In this document: one piece after another, positions 10,036 through 22,430 of the stretch
Numbering within the stretch: the first letter of the stretch is position 1
How the letters are laid out: the number at the start of each line of letters is the position of its first letter
Translations under genes and position numbers: made by a program
The notes under the pieces: generated by a model
What the model was told of the DNA's origin: nothing
The model's database searches: none
The model's input: the letters and a program-made list of their open reading frames with translations, nothing else
Source: a bacterium
GTDB lineage: Bacteria > Actinomycetota > Acidimicrobiia > Spongiisociales > JAENVV01
Length of the DNA stretch: 64,000 bases
Reading direction: 5' to 3'
Assembly (NCBI GenBank): GCA_024639975.1
Contig: JAHEFX010000002.1
Span: forward strand, 138 to 64,137

Positions 10036-11300
10036 CACTCGCCTCCTGCGATGTCTGTTCGGTATTGCTGTTGCTTCCAGGTGATCTTCGAAGCGGCCCG
10101 ATAGGCCGTTGAACGTGCCGAGGAGACGTCATCGCCGAGCCCGACGACGCTGAGGACCCGCCCACCGTTCGTGCGGGTGTGGCCACGGTCGTCGATCGTC
10201 GTCCCGGCGTGGAACACCAGGACGTCGTCGTCCACCTCGTCGAGCCCGTGGATGACGTCTCCTTTTCGGGGCGACTCCGGGTAGCCGCCCGAGGCCAGGA
10301 CCACGTTGACGGCCGCCCCGTCCGAGAACTTCAGAGTCTCTTCGGCGAGCCTGCCGGCGGCGGCATCCCGCAGGGTCGCCAGGAGGTCGGACTCGAGGAG
10401 CGGGAGCACGGCCTGGGTCTCGGGATCGCCCAGCCGGCAATTGAACTCGATGACCTTCGGGCCTGCCGAGGTGAGGGCGAGTCCGCAGTAGAGGAACCCG
10501 ACATAGGGGTTCCCGTCGTCGGCCATCTGGCGGATGGTCGGCAGGGCGACCTGGTCGAGGACCGTGCGGACCAGGTCGTGGGCGATGTCGCCCACGGGGG
10601 AGTAGGAGCCCATCCCACCGGTGTTTGGCCCGGCGTCGCCGTCGGCGAGCCGCTTGTAGTCGCGGGCCGGCTGGAGGGCGATGCCGCGTTCGCCGTCACT
10701 GATGACGAAGACGCTCAGCTCCGGGCCATCGAGGTACTCCTCGATGACCACGCTGGCCCCGCCGTCATCCCCGGCGAAGCTGCCGGTGAGGCATCGGTCG
10801 ACCCAGTCCTCCGCTGCTGCGAGGTCCTCGGTCACGAGCACGCCCTTGCCTGCTGCGAGGCCGTCGGCCTTCACGACGTAGGGCCCGCCCTGCTCCGCGA
10901 GGTAGGCCTTGGCCGGCGGCGCCTCCGTGAAGGAGGCAAAGCTGCCGGTTGGGACCCCGGCTCGCTGCATCACGTCCTTGGCAAACGCCTTGGAGGCCTC
11001 GAGCCGTGCGGCTGCCTTCGTGGGCCCGAATGCCGGGATGCCCAAGGAGCCCAGCGCGTCGACGATGCCGACGGCCAGTGGGGCCTCCGGGCCGATGACG
11101 GCGAGGTCGATCTCCTGTTGGCGGGCGAAGGCGGCGACGGCACCGACGTCCTTCGGGTCCAAGCCCTCGATCATCGGACCGAGGCCGGCCATTCCGGGGT
11201 TGCCGGGAAGGCTGACCAATTCGTCGCACAAGGGGCTCTTGGCGAGCGCCCAACCGAGGGCGTGCTCACGGCCGCCGCCCCCGACCAGGAGGACCTTCAT
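10035..11300 (-). CDS. purD: Phosphoribosylamine-glycine ligase
   Basis: 'MKVLLVGGGGREHAL.WAL' begins at the internal ATG 11300, and ATP-grasp motifs are present throughout. It overlaps purA by 4 nt. Confidence 0.95.
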   Translation of the reverse strand: MKVLLVGGGGREHALGWALAKSPLCDELVSLPGNPGMAGLGPMIEGLDPKDVGAVAAFARQQEIDLAVIGPEAPLAVGIVDALGSLGIPAFGPTKAAARLEASKAFAKDVMQRAGVPTGSFASFTEAPPAKAYLAEQGGPYVVKADGLAAGKGVLVTEDLAAAEDWVDRCLTGSFAGDDGGASVVIEEYLDGPELSVFVISDGERGIALQPARDYKRLADGDAGPNTGGMGSYSPVGDIAHDLVRTVLDQVALPTIRQMADDGNPYVGFLYCGLALTSAGPKVIEFNCRLGDPETQAVLPLLESDLLATLRDAAAGRLAEETLKFSDGAAVNVVLASGGYPESPRKGDVIHGLDEVDDDVLVFHAGTTIDDRGHTRTNGGRVLSVVGLGDDVSSARSTAYRAASKITWKQQQYRTDIAGGE

Positions 11301-12568
11301 CGCGGGATCACCTGCTGGCGTTCGGGTCCGACCGAGACCCACTTGATGGGCACGCCGACCGCCGACTCGATGTACTCCACGTAGGCCTGGGCAGCCGAAG
11401 GGAGGTCACCGAACTCCCGGACGGCGGTCACGTCGTCGCCCCAACCGGGGAGGGTTTCGTAGACCGGCTCGGCTGCTGCGAGGTCGGTGGCGATTGCGGG
11501 GAAGTGCTCGGTGCGCTCGCCCGCCACCTCGTAGTGGGTGGCGACGGAGAGTTCGTCGAAGGCTGAGAGGATGTCGAGCTTGGTGAGAAAGAGCGCCGAC
11601 AGGCTGTTGACCCGTGCGGCGTAGCGAAGGGCGACGAGGTCGAGCCACCCCGGGCGTCGGCGTCGACCGGTGACTACGCCGAACTCGCCCCCCAGGCGAA
11701 CCATCTTGTCGGCGACTTCCCCATCGAGCTCCGTCGGGAACGGACCCTCGCCCACGCGGGTGGTGTAGGCCTTCGACACGCCGACGATCTCGTCGAAGAC
11801 GAGCGGGCCGACCCCGGACCCGGTGGCGGCACCACCGGCAGACGTGTTGGACGAGGTCACGAACGGGTAGGTGCCGTGGTCGACGTCGAGCAAGGTTCCT
11901 TGGGCGCCTTCGAAGAGCACCTGCCGGCCCTCGTCGAGTGCTTCGGATACGAGCAGCGCCGTGTCGGCGATCAGGGGGATGATCCGGTCGGCCAGGGCGA
12001 GGTACTCGGCAGCGGTGCCTGAGGCGTCGACCGTGTCATGGCCGAACGCGGCGAGCATCGTGTTCTTCTCGCGGGCGACCAGCTCGACGCGCTCGGTGAA
12101 GCCGTCGGCATCGAGGAGGTCCTGGACGCGGATCGCGGAGGAGCGGATCACCTTGTCCTGGTAGGCGGGTCCGATCCCCTTCTTCGTGGTGCCGATCGCG
12201 CCCGGACCGCGACGGGTCTCGTAGGCGACGTCGAGCGCCTTGTGCCAAGGCATGATCAGGTGGGCGTCGGGGCTGATGCGCAGGCGGGCCGGGTCGACCC
12301 CTCGGCTCTCGAGCATGTCCATCTCGGCGATGAGGACGCCGGGGTCCACGACGCAGCCGGCCCCGATGATCGGGGTCGAGTCGGGATTCGTGACGCCGGA
12401 CGGGATCAGCGAAAGGGCGAAGCTCTCCTCGCCGATGACGATGGTGTGACCCGCGTTGTTCCCGCCTTGGAACCGGACCACGAGGTCGGCCGAATCGGCG
12501 AAGAGGTCGGTGACGCGGCCCTTGCCCTCGTCACCCCATTGTGCTCCCAGGACGATGGTTGCACCCAT
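11297..12568 (-). CDS. purA: Adenylosuccinate synthetase
   Basis: 'VLGAQWGDEGKGRVTD' and 'GGNNAGHT' are canonical PurA motifs. A GGAG SD lies upstream. Confidence 0.95.
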   Translation of the reverse strand: MGATIVLGAQWGDEGKGRVTDLFADSADLVVRFQGGNNAGHTIVIGEESFALSLIPSGVTNPDSTPIIGAGCVVDPGVLIAEMDMLESRGVDPARLRISPDAHLIMPWHKALDVAYETRRGPGAIGTTKKGIGPAYQDKVIRSSAIRVQDLLDADGFTERVELVAREKNTMLAAFGHDTVDASGTAAEYLALADRIIPLIADTALLVSEALDEGRQVLFEGAQGTLLDVDHGTYPFVTSSNTSAGGAATGSGVGPLVFDEIVGVSKAYTTRVGEGPFPTELDGEVADKMVRLGGEFGVVTGRRRRPGWLDLVALRYAARVNSLSALFLTKLDILSAFDELSVATHYEVAGERTEHFPAIATDLAAAEPVYETLPGWGDDVTAVREFGDLPSAAQAYVEYIESAVGVPIKWVSVGPERQQVIPR

Positions 12569-12666
12569 CGCATACGCTCCATTCTCAGAACGTGACGGGA
12601 GGGTAGACGGTCACCGCCGATGCGCCTCCGGCCGGGGTTCGGCGGGGCTCGCCGTAGGCTGGGCCC

Positions 12667-13278
12667 ATGCCGAGGATCCAGGCCGACACCGTCGCCGAGC
12701 ACAAGCTCGTGGTCCGCCGCCGAATCCTCGACGCGGCCACGGACCTCTTCGCCGAGATGGGCTACGAAGAGACGACCTTCTCCGACCTCGCCGCCGAGGC
12801 CGGGGTGGGGCGCACCACCATCTATGAGTACTTCCGGGACAAGGAAGACCTGCTCGCCTCGCTCATCGAAGAAGAGCTCCCGGTCGTGCTCGACAAGATG
12901 GTCGCCGACCTGCCGAGCGGTGTCCCGACGGTCGAACGACTGGAGGCCCTGATCAGGGCTCTCGTGGAATTCGTCGCGACCGACCCGACCCTCGGCTACC
13001 TGCTGCATCGCGAAGTCCCCAAGTTGTCCGGCGAGGCGTCGGCGCGAGCCGCCGAGGCCCACATGGGCCTGGTCCATGAATACGTCGACCTGCTGCGTAC
13101 CGGGGTGATGGAGGGTTCCATCAGCCGACTGCCGCCCGACGTCCTGAGCGCCCTGGTGCAGGACGCCATCATGTCCGGCGCCAAGGTGCTCATCGATGCG
13201 CCGAACCCCCAGGAGCGGCTCGGTGAGGTCACCGACGCGGTGGTCGCCTTCGTCCTCCACGGCATCGCCAGCCCCTGA
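12667..13278 (+). CDS. TetR/AcrR family transcriptional regulator
   Basis: The N-terminal HTH reads '[44 protein letters not shown]'. The ATG lies 6 nt after TAGGCT. Confidence 0.9.
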   Translation: MPRIQADTVAEHKLVVRRRILDAATDLFAEMGYEETTFSDLAAEAGVGRTTIYEYFRDKEDLLASLIEEELPVVLDKMVADLPSGVPTVERLEALIRALVEFVATDPTLGYLLHREVPKLSGEASARAAEAHMGLVHEYVDLLRTGVMEGSISRLPPDVLSALVQDAIMSGAKVLIDAPNPQERLGEVTDAVVAFVLHGIASP

Positions 13279-13385
13279 CCGACCGGGGTCCTTCAGTATC
13301 TGCCCCCGATGCTCGGGGCCCACGGTTCGCAAGCCGGTCCACGACTCCTATCCTGCGTCAGCCAACGGGCCGACTGGGTGGTGAC

Positions 13386-14846
13386 ATGACCGAGAAGATC
13401 GCTGGCGACGCACTCGCATTCGACGACGTCCTGCTGGTGCCCCGGCGCTCGACCACCCTCCCGAAGGACGTCAGCACAGCGTCGCGCTTCTCCCGCAACG
13501 TCCCCGTGAACATCCCGCTCGTCTCGGCGGCGATGGACACCGTCACCGAGACCCGCATGGCCATCGCCATGGCCCGACAGGGTGGCATCGGCGTCGTCCA
13601 CAAGAAGATGGACGCCGAGGCACAGGCCGACATGGTCCGGAAGGTCAAACGGTCCGAATCCGGGATGATCGTCGACCCGATCACCTTGGAGCCCGGGGCG
13701 AAGCTCCAGGACGCCGAGAACCTGATGGCGTCGTACAAGATCTCCGGCGTCCCGATCGTTCGAGCCGATGGGACGCTGGTCGGGATCCTCACGAACCGGG
13801 ACATCCGTTTCGAGCGCGACTTCGGTCAACCGGTCGAGGCCCGGATGACCTCCGACGGCCTGGTCACGGCCCCGACCGGCACCTCACTCGAGCAAGCCAG
13901 GGAGATCCTCCGCGAGCACCGGATCGAGAAGCTCCCCGTCGTCGATGCCGACGGGCGACTCACCGGGCTCATCACGATCAAGGACCTCCAGAAACGACTC
14001 GACTATCCGAACGCCGCCAAGGACGACCTCGGTCGACTCCGGGTGGCGGCGGCGGTCGGTGCGTCGGGCGACTTCCTCGACCGGGCGGAGGCGCTGGTGG
14101 AGTCCGGCGTGGATGCCCTCGTGCTCGATTCGGCCCATGGTCACCACGAGGACATCCTCGGCGGACTCGTCGAGCTCAAGGAGCGATTCGACGTGGACGT
14201 CGTCGCCGGCAACATCGCAACGGCTGCCGGTGCCCGAGATCTGGTGGAGCGGGGCGCCGATGCCGTCAAAGTCGGGATCGGCCCCGGATCGATCTGCACC
14301 ACCCGGGTCGTCACCGGCGTGGGCATGCCCCAGCTCACTGCGATCCTCGAAGCTTCCGAGGTCGCCGGCGAGGCAGGCGTGCCGGTGATCGCCGACGGTG
14401 GCGTGAAGCAGACCGGAGACGTGCCGAAGGCGATCGTTGCCGGTGGATCGACCGTGATGGTCGGTTCGATGCTCGCCGGTACCGAGGAGTCACCGGGCGA
14501 GGAGATCCTCCGGGACGGGCGGCGCTACAAGGCCTACCGCGGCATGGGTTCCATGGGGGCCATGGCCGGCGGGTCGGCCGACCGGTACTTCCAGGAGGAC
14601 GCCAAGAAGCTCGTTCCCGAGGGCATCGAAGGTGTCGTCCCGTTCAAGGGCCCGGCCTCGGACGTGGTCTACCAGATGGTCGGAGGCCTTCGCTCCGCCA
14701 TGGGCTACTGCGGGGCGCCCGACGTGGCCACCCTGCACAACGACGTCGGATTCGTGCGGATCACGCAGGCCTCCCTCGTGGAGAGCCACCCCCACGACGT
14801 GCTGATCACGAAGGAAGCGCCGAACTACAGCGTCGAGCGTCGCTGA
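13386..14846 (+). CDS. guaB: IMP dehydrogenase
   Basis: '[10 protein letters not shown]'-type N-terminus, tandem CBS region, '[11 protein letters not shown]' catalytic loop and 'YRGMGS' are all present. Confidence 0.95.
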   Translation: MTEKIAGDALAFDDVLLVPRRSTTLPKDVSTASRFSRNVPVNIPLVSAAMDTVTETRMAIAMARQGGIGVVHKKMDAEAQADMVRKVKRSESGMIVDPITLEPGAKLQDAENLMASYKISGVPIVRADGTLVGILTNRDIRFERDFGQPVEARMTSDGLVTAPTGTSLEQAREILREHRIEKLPVVDADGRLTGLITIKDLQKRLDYPNAAKDDLGRLRVAAAVGASGDFLDRAEALVESGVDALVLDSAHGHHEDILGGLVELKERFDVDVVAGNIATAAGARDLVERGADAVKVGIGPGSICTTRVVTGVGMPQLTAILEASEVAGEAGVPVIADGGVKQTGDVPKAIVAGGSTVMVGSMLAGTEESPGEEILRDGRRYKAYRGMGSMGAMAGGSADRYFQEDAKKLVPEGIEGVVPFKGPASDVVYQMVGGLRSAMGYCGAPDVATLHNDVGFVRITQASLVESHPHDVLITKEAPNYSVERR

Positions 14847-15769
14847 GGGGGACCCACCCCGGAAGCCGTCCACCAGAAGCGGGCTATCTCCTGGTTCGCT
14901 CGACGTGCCTCCGGTACCCAAGGGGCCATCGCGTGGAAGACGTGCCACATCTCCGGCCAGACGCGCAGCGTCGCCTCGACACCGGCCTCGGTGCACTCCT
15001 CCCAGAAACGGACCGAATCGTCGAGGAGGATCTCATGGTCGCCGACGTGCAGCAGGATGGGCGGGAGGCCGTCGACGTCGGCGTAGACGGGTGAGATCAG
15101 CGGGTCGTCGAGTGGGCGGTCCCCGGCGTACATCTCCGCCACCTCGCGAACCTTCGTCGGATCGAGCATCACGTCGTCATTCGCCCGATCGATGAGCGAT
15201 TCGCCGGTGCCGGCGAGGTCGGTCCACGGCGACACCGCCACCACGCCACCGGGGGCGGGCAGTCTCCGATCGCGGAGGGCTACGACCAGGGCCAGGGCCA
15301 GTCCACCGCCGGCTGAGTCGCCGACGACCAGGATCCGATCGGCCGGCGTCTCGGCGGTCAGGGCATCGAATACCGCGAGGGCATCTTCGAGCGCGGCCGG
15401 GAATGGGTGCTCGGGGGCGAGTCGGTAGCCGGCGAGGAAGGCAGGTGCTCCGATCGCGTCGACCATGTGGCCGGCGATGCCTCGGTGGCTGTGGGTCGAC
15501 CCGGCGACGTACCCGCCACCGTGGAGGTAGAGGATGACGGTTCGTTCGTCACCGTCGGCGGGACAGAGCCAGAGGCCGGGGACACCACCCACGGTCTGTT
15601 CGGCGACGGTCATGCCCGCTGGGAGGTGGATGACTTCGCTCAGTCGGTCGAGGTCGGTACGGGCCTGCTCGACGGTTCGCTCGCCACCGTCCGGGACGAT
15701 CGCGGCTCGCCGTCGCATCTCGTACTCGACGGCCTTTCGAGCAAGCGAGGCGCGGGCACTGATGGTCAT
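14825..15769 (-). CDS. Alpha/beta hydrolase, HSL-like family IV esterase/lipase
   Basis: It has the 'HGGGY' oxyanion motif and the 'GDSAGGGLA' nucleophile elbow. Its 3' end overlaps guaB convergently by 22 nt. The ATG lies 6 nt after TAGATT. Confidence 0.85.
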   Translation of the reverse strand: MTISARASLARKAVEYEMRRRAAIVPDGGERTVEQARTDLDRLSEVIHLPAGMTVAEQTVGGVPGLWLCPADGDERTVILYLHGGGYVAGSTHSHRGIAGHMVDAIGAPAFLAGYRLAPEHPFPAALEDALAVFDALTAETPADRILVVGDSAGGGLALALVVALRDRRLPAPGGVVAVSPWTDLAGTGESLIDRANDDVMLDPTKVREVAEMYAGDRPLDDPLISPVYADVDGLPPILLHVGDHEILLDDSVRFWEECTEAGVEATLRVWPEMWHVFHAMAPWVPEARRANQEIARFWWTASGVGPPQRRSTL

Positions 15770-15812
15770 GGGCCGAATCTACGCCTCTGCCGGGACTCCG
15801 TAGGCTCGCCCC

Positions 15813-17018
15813 ATGACAACCACCGTGTTCCGGGGCGGGTCCGTCTTCGACGTGCACTCCGCCGAGTTCCAGCTCGCCGACGTGCTCATCGAGGACGATC
15901 GCGTCGTCGAGGTCGGCTCCGACCTGGATGCCGACAACGAGGTCGACTGCTCCGGCAAGTGGGTGATGCCGGGTCTGATCGACACCCACGTCCACCTGAT
16001 GTTCCCGCACGTCGACTTGTTCCGTCACGCCCAGACGCCGTTCTCGTACCGCTTCTTCCAGGCGATTCCCTCGATGGCTGCGACGTTGGGAACGGGGATC
16101 ACGACCGTGCGCGACGCCGGCGGGGCCGACCTGGGGGTGAAGCAGGCCGTCGTCGATGGGATCGTCCCGGGTCCGCGCATGCAGATTGCCCTGACGCTCC
16201 TCGGCCAGACCGGCGGCCACTCGGACGACTGGATGCCGAGTGGGGCACACATTCCCCTCCTGCCCGACTACCCGGGCATGCCGACCTCGATCATCGACGG
16301 AACCGACGAGGCCAGACGGAAGGTCCGCGAGGTGCTCCGGGCCGGTGCCGACGTGGTCAAGGTCGCCACGTCGGGTGGCGTCCTGTCGCCGACCGACGAC
16401 CCGACCCACCCCCACTTCGGGATGGACGAGCTCGAGACGATCGTGGGCGAGGCCGCCATCCAGGGCCGCTGGGTGATGGCACATGCACAGGCCACCGAGG
16501 GGATCAAGAACGCCGTCCGAGCCGGGATCCGTTCGATCGAGCACGGCATCTTCCTCGACGACGAGGCCATCGCGATGATGATCGAGGCCGGTACCTGGTT
16601 GGTCCCGACGCTGGTGGCACCGGTCGGCGTGGTGAAGGCGGCCGAGGCCGGCGCCGGGATTCCCGAGGCGTCGGTACGGAAGGCACGTGAGGTGATCGAG
16701 GTTCACCGGGCATCCTTTGCCGCCGCCGTCGACGCGGGGGTGAAGGTGGCGATGGGCACGGACTCGGGAGTGACACCGCACGGCCTGAACCTGGACGAGC
16801 TCCCGCTGATGGAGGCCGGTGGCATGTTGCCCGCCGACGTCCTGGTCGCCTCCACGCTCGGCGCGGCCCAGCTCATGGGCTGGGACGACCGGGTCGGCTC
16901 ACTCGACCCGGGCCGGTTCGCCGATGTGGTGGTGACCCACCGCAACCCACTCGAGGACCTTTCGGCGACGCGTGACTCGATCAGCGGCGTCTGGAAGGGT
17001 GGCATCGGGGTCGCCTGA
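15813..17018 (+). CDS. Amidohydrolase family metallo-dependent hydrolase
   Basis: 'GLIDTHVHL', 'AHAQ...GIRSIEHG' and 'GTDSGV' are metal-ligand motifs of the amidohydrolase superfamily. Confidence 0.85.
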   Translation: MTTTVFRGGSVFDVHSAEFQLADVLIEDDRVVEVGSDLDADNEVDCSGKWVMPGLIDTHVHLMFPHVDLFRHAQTPFSYRFFQAIPSMAATLGTGITTVRDAGGADLGVKQAVVDGIVPGPRMQIALTLLGQTGGHSDDWMPSGAHIPLLPDYPGMPTSIIDGTDEARRKVREVLRAGADVVKVATSGGVLSPTDDPTHPHFGMDELETIVGEAAIQGRWVMAHAQATEGIKNAVRAGIRSIEHGIFLDDEAIAMMIEAGTWLVPTLVAPVGVVKAAEAGAGIPEASVRKAREVIEVHRASFAAAVDAGVKVAMGTDSGVTPHGLNLDELPLMEAGGMLPADVLVASTLGAAQLMGWDDRVGSLDPGRFADVVVTHRNPLEDLSATRDSISGVWKGGIGVA

Positions 17019-17052
17019 CCGCCGCCCCCCGGGCGTGCGACAATCGCCGTGG

Positions 17053-19086
<2,034 letters not shown>

Positions 19087-19204
19087 CCCGACCCGAACCC
19101 TGGGTTGTGGTGCCGTTGCTCCGGTGAACCGCGGGCTCGAGTTCCGCAGGACGCGGACCCTCAGCCCGCGGAACGAACCCCTTCACAATTCGGTCGGCCC
19201 GTGG

Positions 19205-20107
19205 ATGAATGGTGACGTGTCCAACGTCGACCTGATCGGGATTGCCGCAATGCAGGGCGGAGTCGTGACCAGGGCCCAAGCCATGGACCACGGCCACACC
19301 CGGCACACGATCGACCGGGAGCTCCGGTCGGGTTCGTGGGGTCGGGTGTCGAAAGGGGTCTATCGCCTCATACCCGCCGTGGACGTTGACGACCGGCTGC
19401 TCGGTGCTGTCACCACCCTGCCCGATGCCGTCGTGTCCCACACATCTGCCGCCCGGCTCCTGGGCGTCGATGGGTTACCGGACCTCGGACCCTCGGTGAC
19501 GGTGGTGGGTACGACGACGCATCGCTTCGACGGGGTGGTCGTCCACCGGGCGGGCGTCGGTGTTCCCGCCGACCACCGGACTGTGGTCCGCCGCATGCCC
19601 ACGACCACGGTGGCACGCACACTCGTCGACCTTGCGGGTGTCGTGTTCCCCGCCGTCTGGCACGAGGTGATCCAAACCGCGGTCGTTGGCGGGTTGACAT
19701 CGATGCGCGAAGTACGTGCCGTTGCCGAGCTCGTCTGTGGCCGCGGTCGGGCGGGGAGTGCGCTCATGCGGGAGTTCCTGGGAAACCCGATGGCCGGAGC
19801 CTCGGCGCTCGAGCGGCGGGTGGCGGTGGTCCTCGAACCCCTCCACCCGGTCCGGCAGTTCCCAGCGCCCTGGGATGGGGTCCGGCGGCTCGACTTCGCC
19901 TTCCCACAGGCCCGACTCGGGGTCGAGGCCGATGGTAGGAAGTGGCACTCGACGGGACGTTCGTTCCAATCCGATCGTGCGCGGGACCATGCGGCTCTCG
20001 ATGCGGGCTGGCTCCTCGTGCGGCTCACGCACGCCGATGTGCATCGGGATCCTGATCGGATCCTCCGGATGGTCGCCAGGCTCGTTCGGGAGCGAACCGG
20101 GGGCTGA
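19205..20107 (+). CDS. DUF559/AbiEi-N-like domain protein (endonuclease-like C-terminus)
   Basis: The N-terminus 'GGVVTRAQA...G.TRHTIDRELRSG.W.RV..GVY' and the C-terminus 'R.DFAFPQARLGVEADG..WH' resemble common actinobacterial DUF559 proteins. The start is uncertain. Confidence 0.6.
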   Translation: MNGDVSNVDLIGIAAMQGGVVTRAQAMDHGHTRHTIDRELRSGSWGRVSKGVYRLIPAVDVDDRLLGAVTTLPDAVVSHTSAARLLGVDGLPDLGPSVTVVGTTTHRFDGVVVHRAGVGVPADHRTVVRRMPTTTVARTLVDLAGVVFPAVWHEVIQTAVVGGLTSMREVRAVAELVCGRGRAGSALMREFLGNPMAGASALERRVAVVLEPLHPVRQFPAPWDGVRRLDFAFPQARLGVEADGRKWHSTGRSFQSDRARDHAALDAGWLLVRLTHADVHRDPDRILRMVARLVRERTGG

Positions 20108-20184
20108 GGTTCCGTGCCACGCGGCATGGGAACCCAGGGTTCGGTGATCGGGCGGACTGACAACCCTGGGTTGGGGGCAGAAAG

Positions 20185-20228
20185 GTTCACCCGGCGTTCA
20201 CCTGGCGTTCCGGGGTCGGTCAGGGTGG
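20185..20228 (+). promoter_or_regulatory. PHO-box array: four tandem 11-nt direct repeat units upstream of pstS
   Basis: The units are GTTCACCCGGC / GTTCACCTGGC / GTTCCGGGGTC / GGTCAGGGTGG, contiguous with 11-nt periodicity. They resemble the actinobacterial PhoP GTTCACC repeat units. Confidence 0.7.
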
Positions 20229-20301
20229 CTTCGTACCGTCCTCGAGGCGGGTGTGGGGACCTCTCCGATCCGCCCGAACCACGACAGAGGAACGTCTGAA
20301 C

Positions 20302-21366
20302 ATGAGCAAGTTCGTGCGCTTGATCGCCCTTCTGAGTGTCTTCGCCCTGGTCCTGGCCGCCTGTGGCGGCGACGACGGCGGCGGAACCGATGCAGCGGAG
20401 ACAACAGGGGCCCCCGACACGCCCGAGGGTGGCGACGACTTGGGCGACATGTCCGATCTGGGCCTGCCCGCGATCGACCCGCTGGACGCCGATCCCGACC
20501 TCACCATCGGCATCGCCGGTTCGTCGACCGTGTTCCCCCTGTCCACGGCGCTGATGACCAGGTGGGAGGACGAGGGCGGTCCGAACTACCCGATCGACTC
20601 CATCGGATCGGGCGGCGGCCTCGAGCGCTTCTGCGTCGAGGGTGCGTCCGACATAGCCAACGCCTCCCGGTCGATCAAGGACGAGGAGGTGGCCTCGTGT
20701 GCCGACATCGGCCGGACGATCATCGAGGTTCGCGTCGGCTCCGATGCCCTGACCTTGGTGGTCTCGTCGGGCAACTACTTCGCCCGGGACCTGACGCTCG
20801 AGCAGATCGCCACGGCATACTCCCTCACGGATGCCGGAGCCACCTGGGCGGACGTCGATCCGAGCTTCCCGGCCCACCCGATCGCCCTGTTCACCCCGGG
20901 CACCGACTCGGGGACCTTCGACTACTTCAACGAAGTGGTCTTCGACGAGGCCGACCCGTCCCCGATCGTCTCATCGATCGCCGCCAACGTCGGCGAGGAC
21001 GACAACGTCACCGTCCAGGGCGTCTCCGAGGACGGCTGCACCGAGGGCGACGAGAGCACGACGTGTGCCATCGGCTACTTCGGCTTCGCCTTCTTCCAGG
21101 AGAACTCGAGCGTGCTGCAGGCCGTCTCCGTCGACGGGGTCGAGCCGAACATCGACACGGTGAACGACGGCTCCTACCCGATCTCCCGCCCGCTGTTCAT
21201 GTACACGGCCGACGAGGTCGTCGCCGAGAAGCCGCACGTGGCCGAGTTCATGGCCTACTACCTGAACAACGTCAACGACGTGATCGGCGAGGTGGGCTAC
21301 TTCCCCGCCCCCGACGCCGACCTGCAGGGCGCGGCCGACAACCTGAAGGCCGCTGCCGGCTGGTAG
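20302..21366 (+). CDS. pstS: Phosphate ABC transporter substrate-binding lipoprotein
   Basis: It has a signal peptide with a lipobox (LVLAAC GG). The motif 'GSSTVFPL...W' and a PBP-like fold are present. The start is the internal ATG 20302, preceded by an AGAGGAA SD. Confidence 0.9.
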   Translation: MSKFVRLIALLSVFALVLAACGGDDGGGTDAAETTGAPDTPEGGDDLGDMSDLGLPAIDPLDADPDLTIGIAGSSTVFPLSTALMTRWEDEGGPNYPIDSIGSGGGLERFCVEGASDIANASRSIKDEEVASCADIGRTIIEVRVGSDALTLVVSSGNYFARDLTLEQIATAYSLTDAGATWADVDPSFPAHPIALFTPGTDSGTFDYFNEVVFDEADPSPIVSSIAANVGEDDNVTVQGVSEDGCTEGDESTTCAIGYFGFAFFQENSSVLQAVSVDGVEPNIDTVNDGSYPISRPLFMYTADEVVAEKPHVAEFMAYYLNNVNDVIGEVGYFPAPDADLQGAADNLKAAAGW

Positions 21367-21403
21367 GTAGCCGTCTGGTGAACTACCTTCGCCCCGTCGC
21401 TTC

Positions 21404-21438
21404 GGTGGCTCCGGCCGGCAACCCCGACCGGAGCCACC
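21404..21438 (+). terminator. Intercistronic stem-loop between pstS and pstC (GGTGGCTCCGG-N13-CCGGAGCCACC)
   Basis: A perfect 11-bp stem is present. Its position matches the attenuator hairpins often found after pstS. Confidence 0.5.
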
Positions 21439-21461
21439 AACCCACCTGATCGAGAACCACG

Positions 21462-22430
21462 ATGAGCCCTGATCATCCCACCGGTGACGCCTTCGTGGCT
21501 TCCCTTCGCCGGCGCCGCCGGCCCGGCGAGGCGGCCATCCTCACGGCCCTCTTCATCTGTGGCTTCCTCTCGGTCGCGACGACGCTCGGCATCCTCTACG
21601 AGTTGGGCTCCGAGTCACTCCTGTTCTTCCAGGATCCCGAGGTCTCCCTCGTGGAGTTCATCTCCACGACCGTCTGGCAGCCCCAGGCCGGGTCGTTCGG
21701 CATCTGGCCCCTGATCCTCTCCACCGTCTACATCGCGGTGATCGCGCTCGCCGTCGCCGTCCCCATGGGTCTCGCGTCGGCCATCTACCTCGCCGAATAC
21801 GCCGGCGAGCGGACCAGGGCCATCCTCAAGCCCGTGTTGGAGGTGCTCGTCGGCATCCCGACGGTGGTCTACGGCTTCTTCGCCCTCACGTTCATGACGC
21901 CCTTGTTGCGCAACATGCTCGGTTCGGAGGTGGTCGAGTTCTTCAACATTGCTTCGGCCGGCGTCGTCGTCGGCATCCTCATCACGCCCCTCATCTCGTC
22001 GCTCTCCGAGGACGCCCTGCGGGCCGTTCCGGACTCGCTCCGCCAGGCCGCCTACGCGCTCGGCGCCTCGAAGATGGAGGTCGCCCTCCGGATCACCGTG
22101 CCCGCCGCGCTTTCGGGCATCGGCGCGTCGATCGTCATCGCGATGTCCAGGGCGGTCGGCGAGACGATGGTCGTGGCGTTGGCGGCCGGGGCCGCGCCCC
22201 GCAACTTCACCTTGGGCGAGGACCCGCTCTTCGGCTACATCCTCAACCCGTTCGTCCCCGGTGAGGCCATGACCGGTCACATCGTCCGGGTGGCGAGTGG
22301 CGACCTCTCCTACAACACCATCGACTACAACTCGATCTTTGCCATCGGCCTCACCCTCTTCTTCATGACCCTCGGTCTGAACATGCTGAGCCGATGGCTC
22401 GTCGCCAAGTACCGACAGGACTACGGATGA
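21462..22430 (+). CDS. pstC: Phosphate ABC transporter permease PstC
   Basis: The product is multi-TM and carries the 'SLSEDALRAVPDSLRQAAYALGASKMEV' EAA loop. Confidence 0.9.
   Translation: MSPDHPTGDAFVASLRRRRRPGEAAILTALFICGFLSVATTLGILYELGSESLLFFQDPEVSLVEFISTTVWQPQAGSFGIWPLILSTVYIAVIALAVAVPMGLASAIYLAEYAGERTRAILKPVLEVLVGIPTVVYGFFALTFMTPLLRNMLGSEVVEFFNIASAGVVVGILITPLISSLSEDALRAVPDSLRQAAYALGASKMEVALRITVPAALSGIGASIVIAMSRAVGETMVVALAAGAAPRNFTLGEDPLFGYILNPFVPGEAMTGHIVRVASGDLSYNTIDYNSIFAIGLTLFFMTLGLNMLSRWLVAKYRQDYG

Noticed and set aside
12569-12666. The purA/tetR divergent spacer contains an imperfect palindrome (GTGACGG...CGGTCAC) that could be a TetR operator.
   Set aside because: The arms are only 5-6 bp, with a mismatch and a long irregular spacer. 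That is too weak to call without comparative data.
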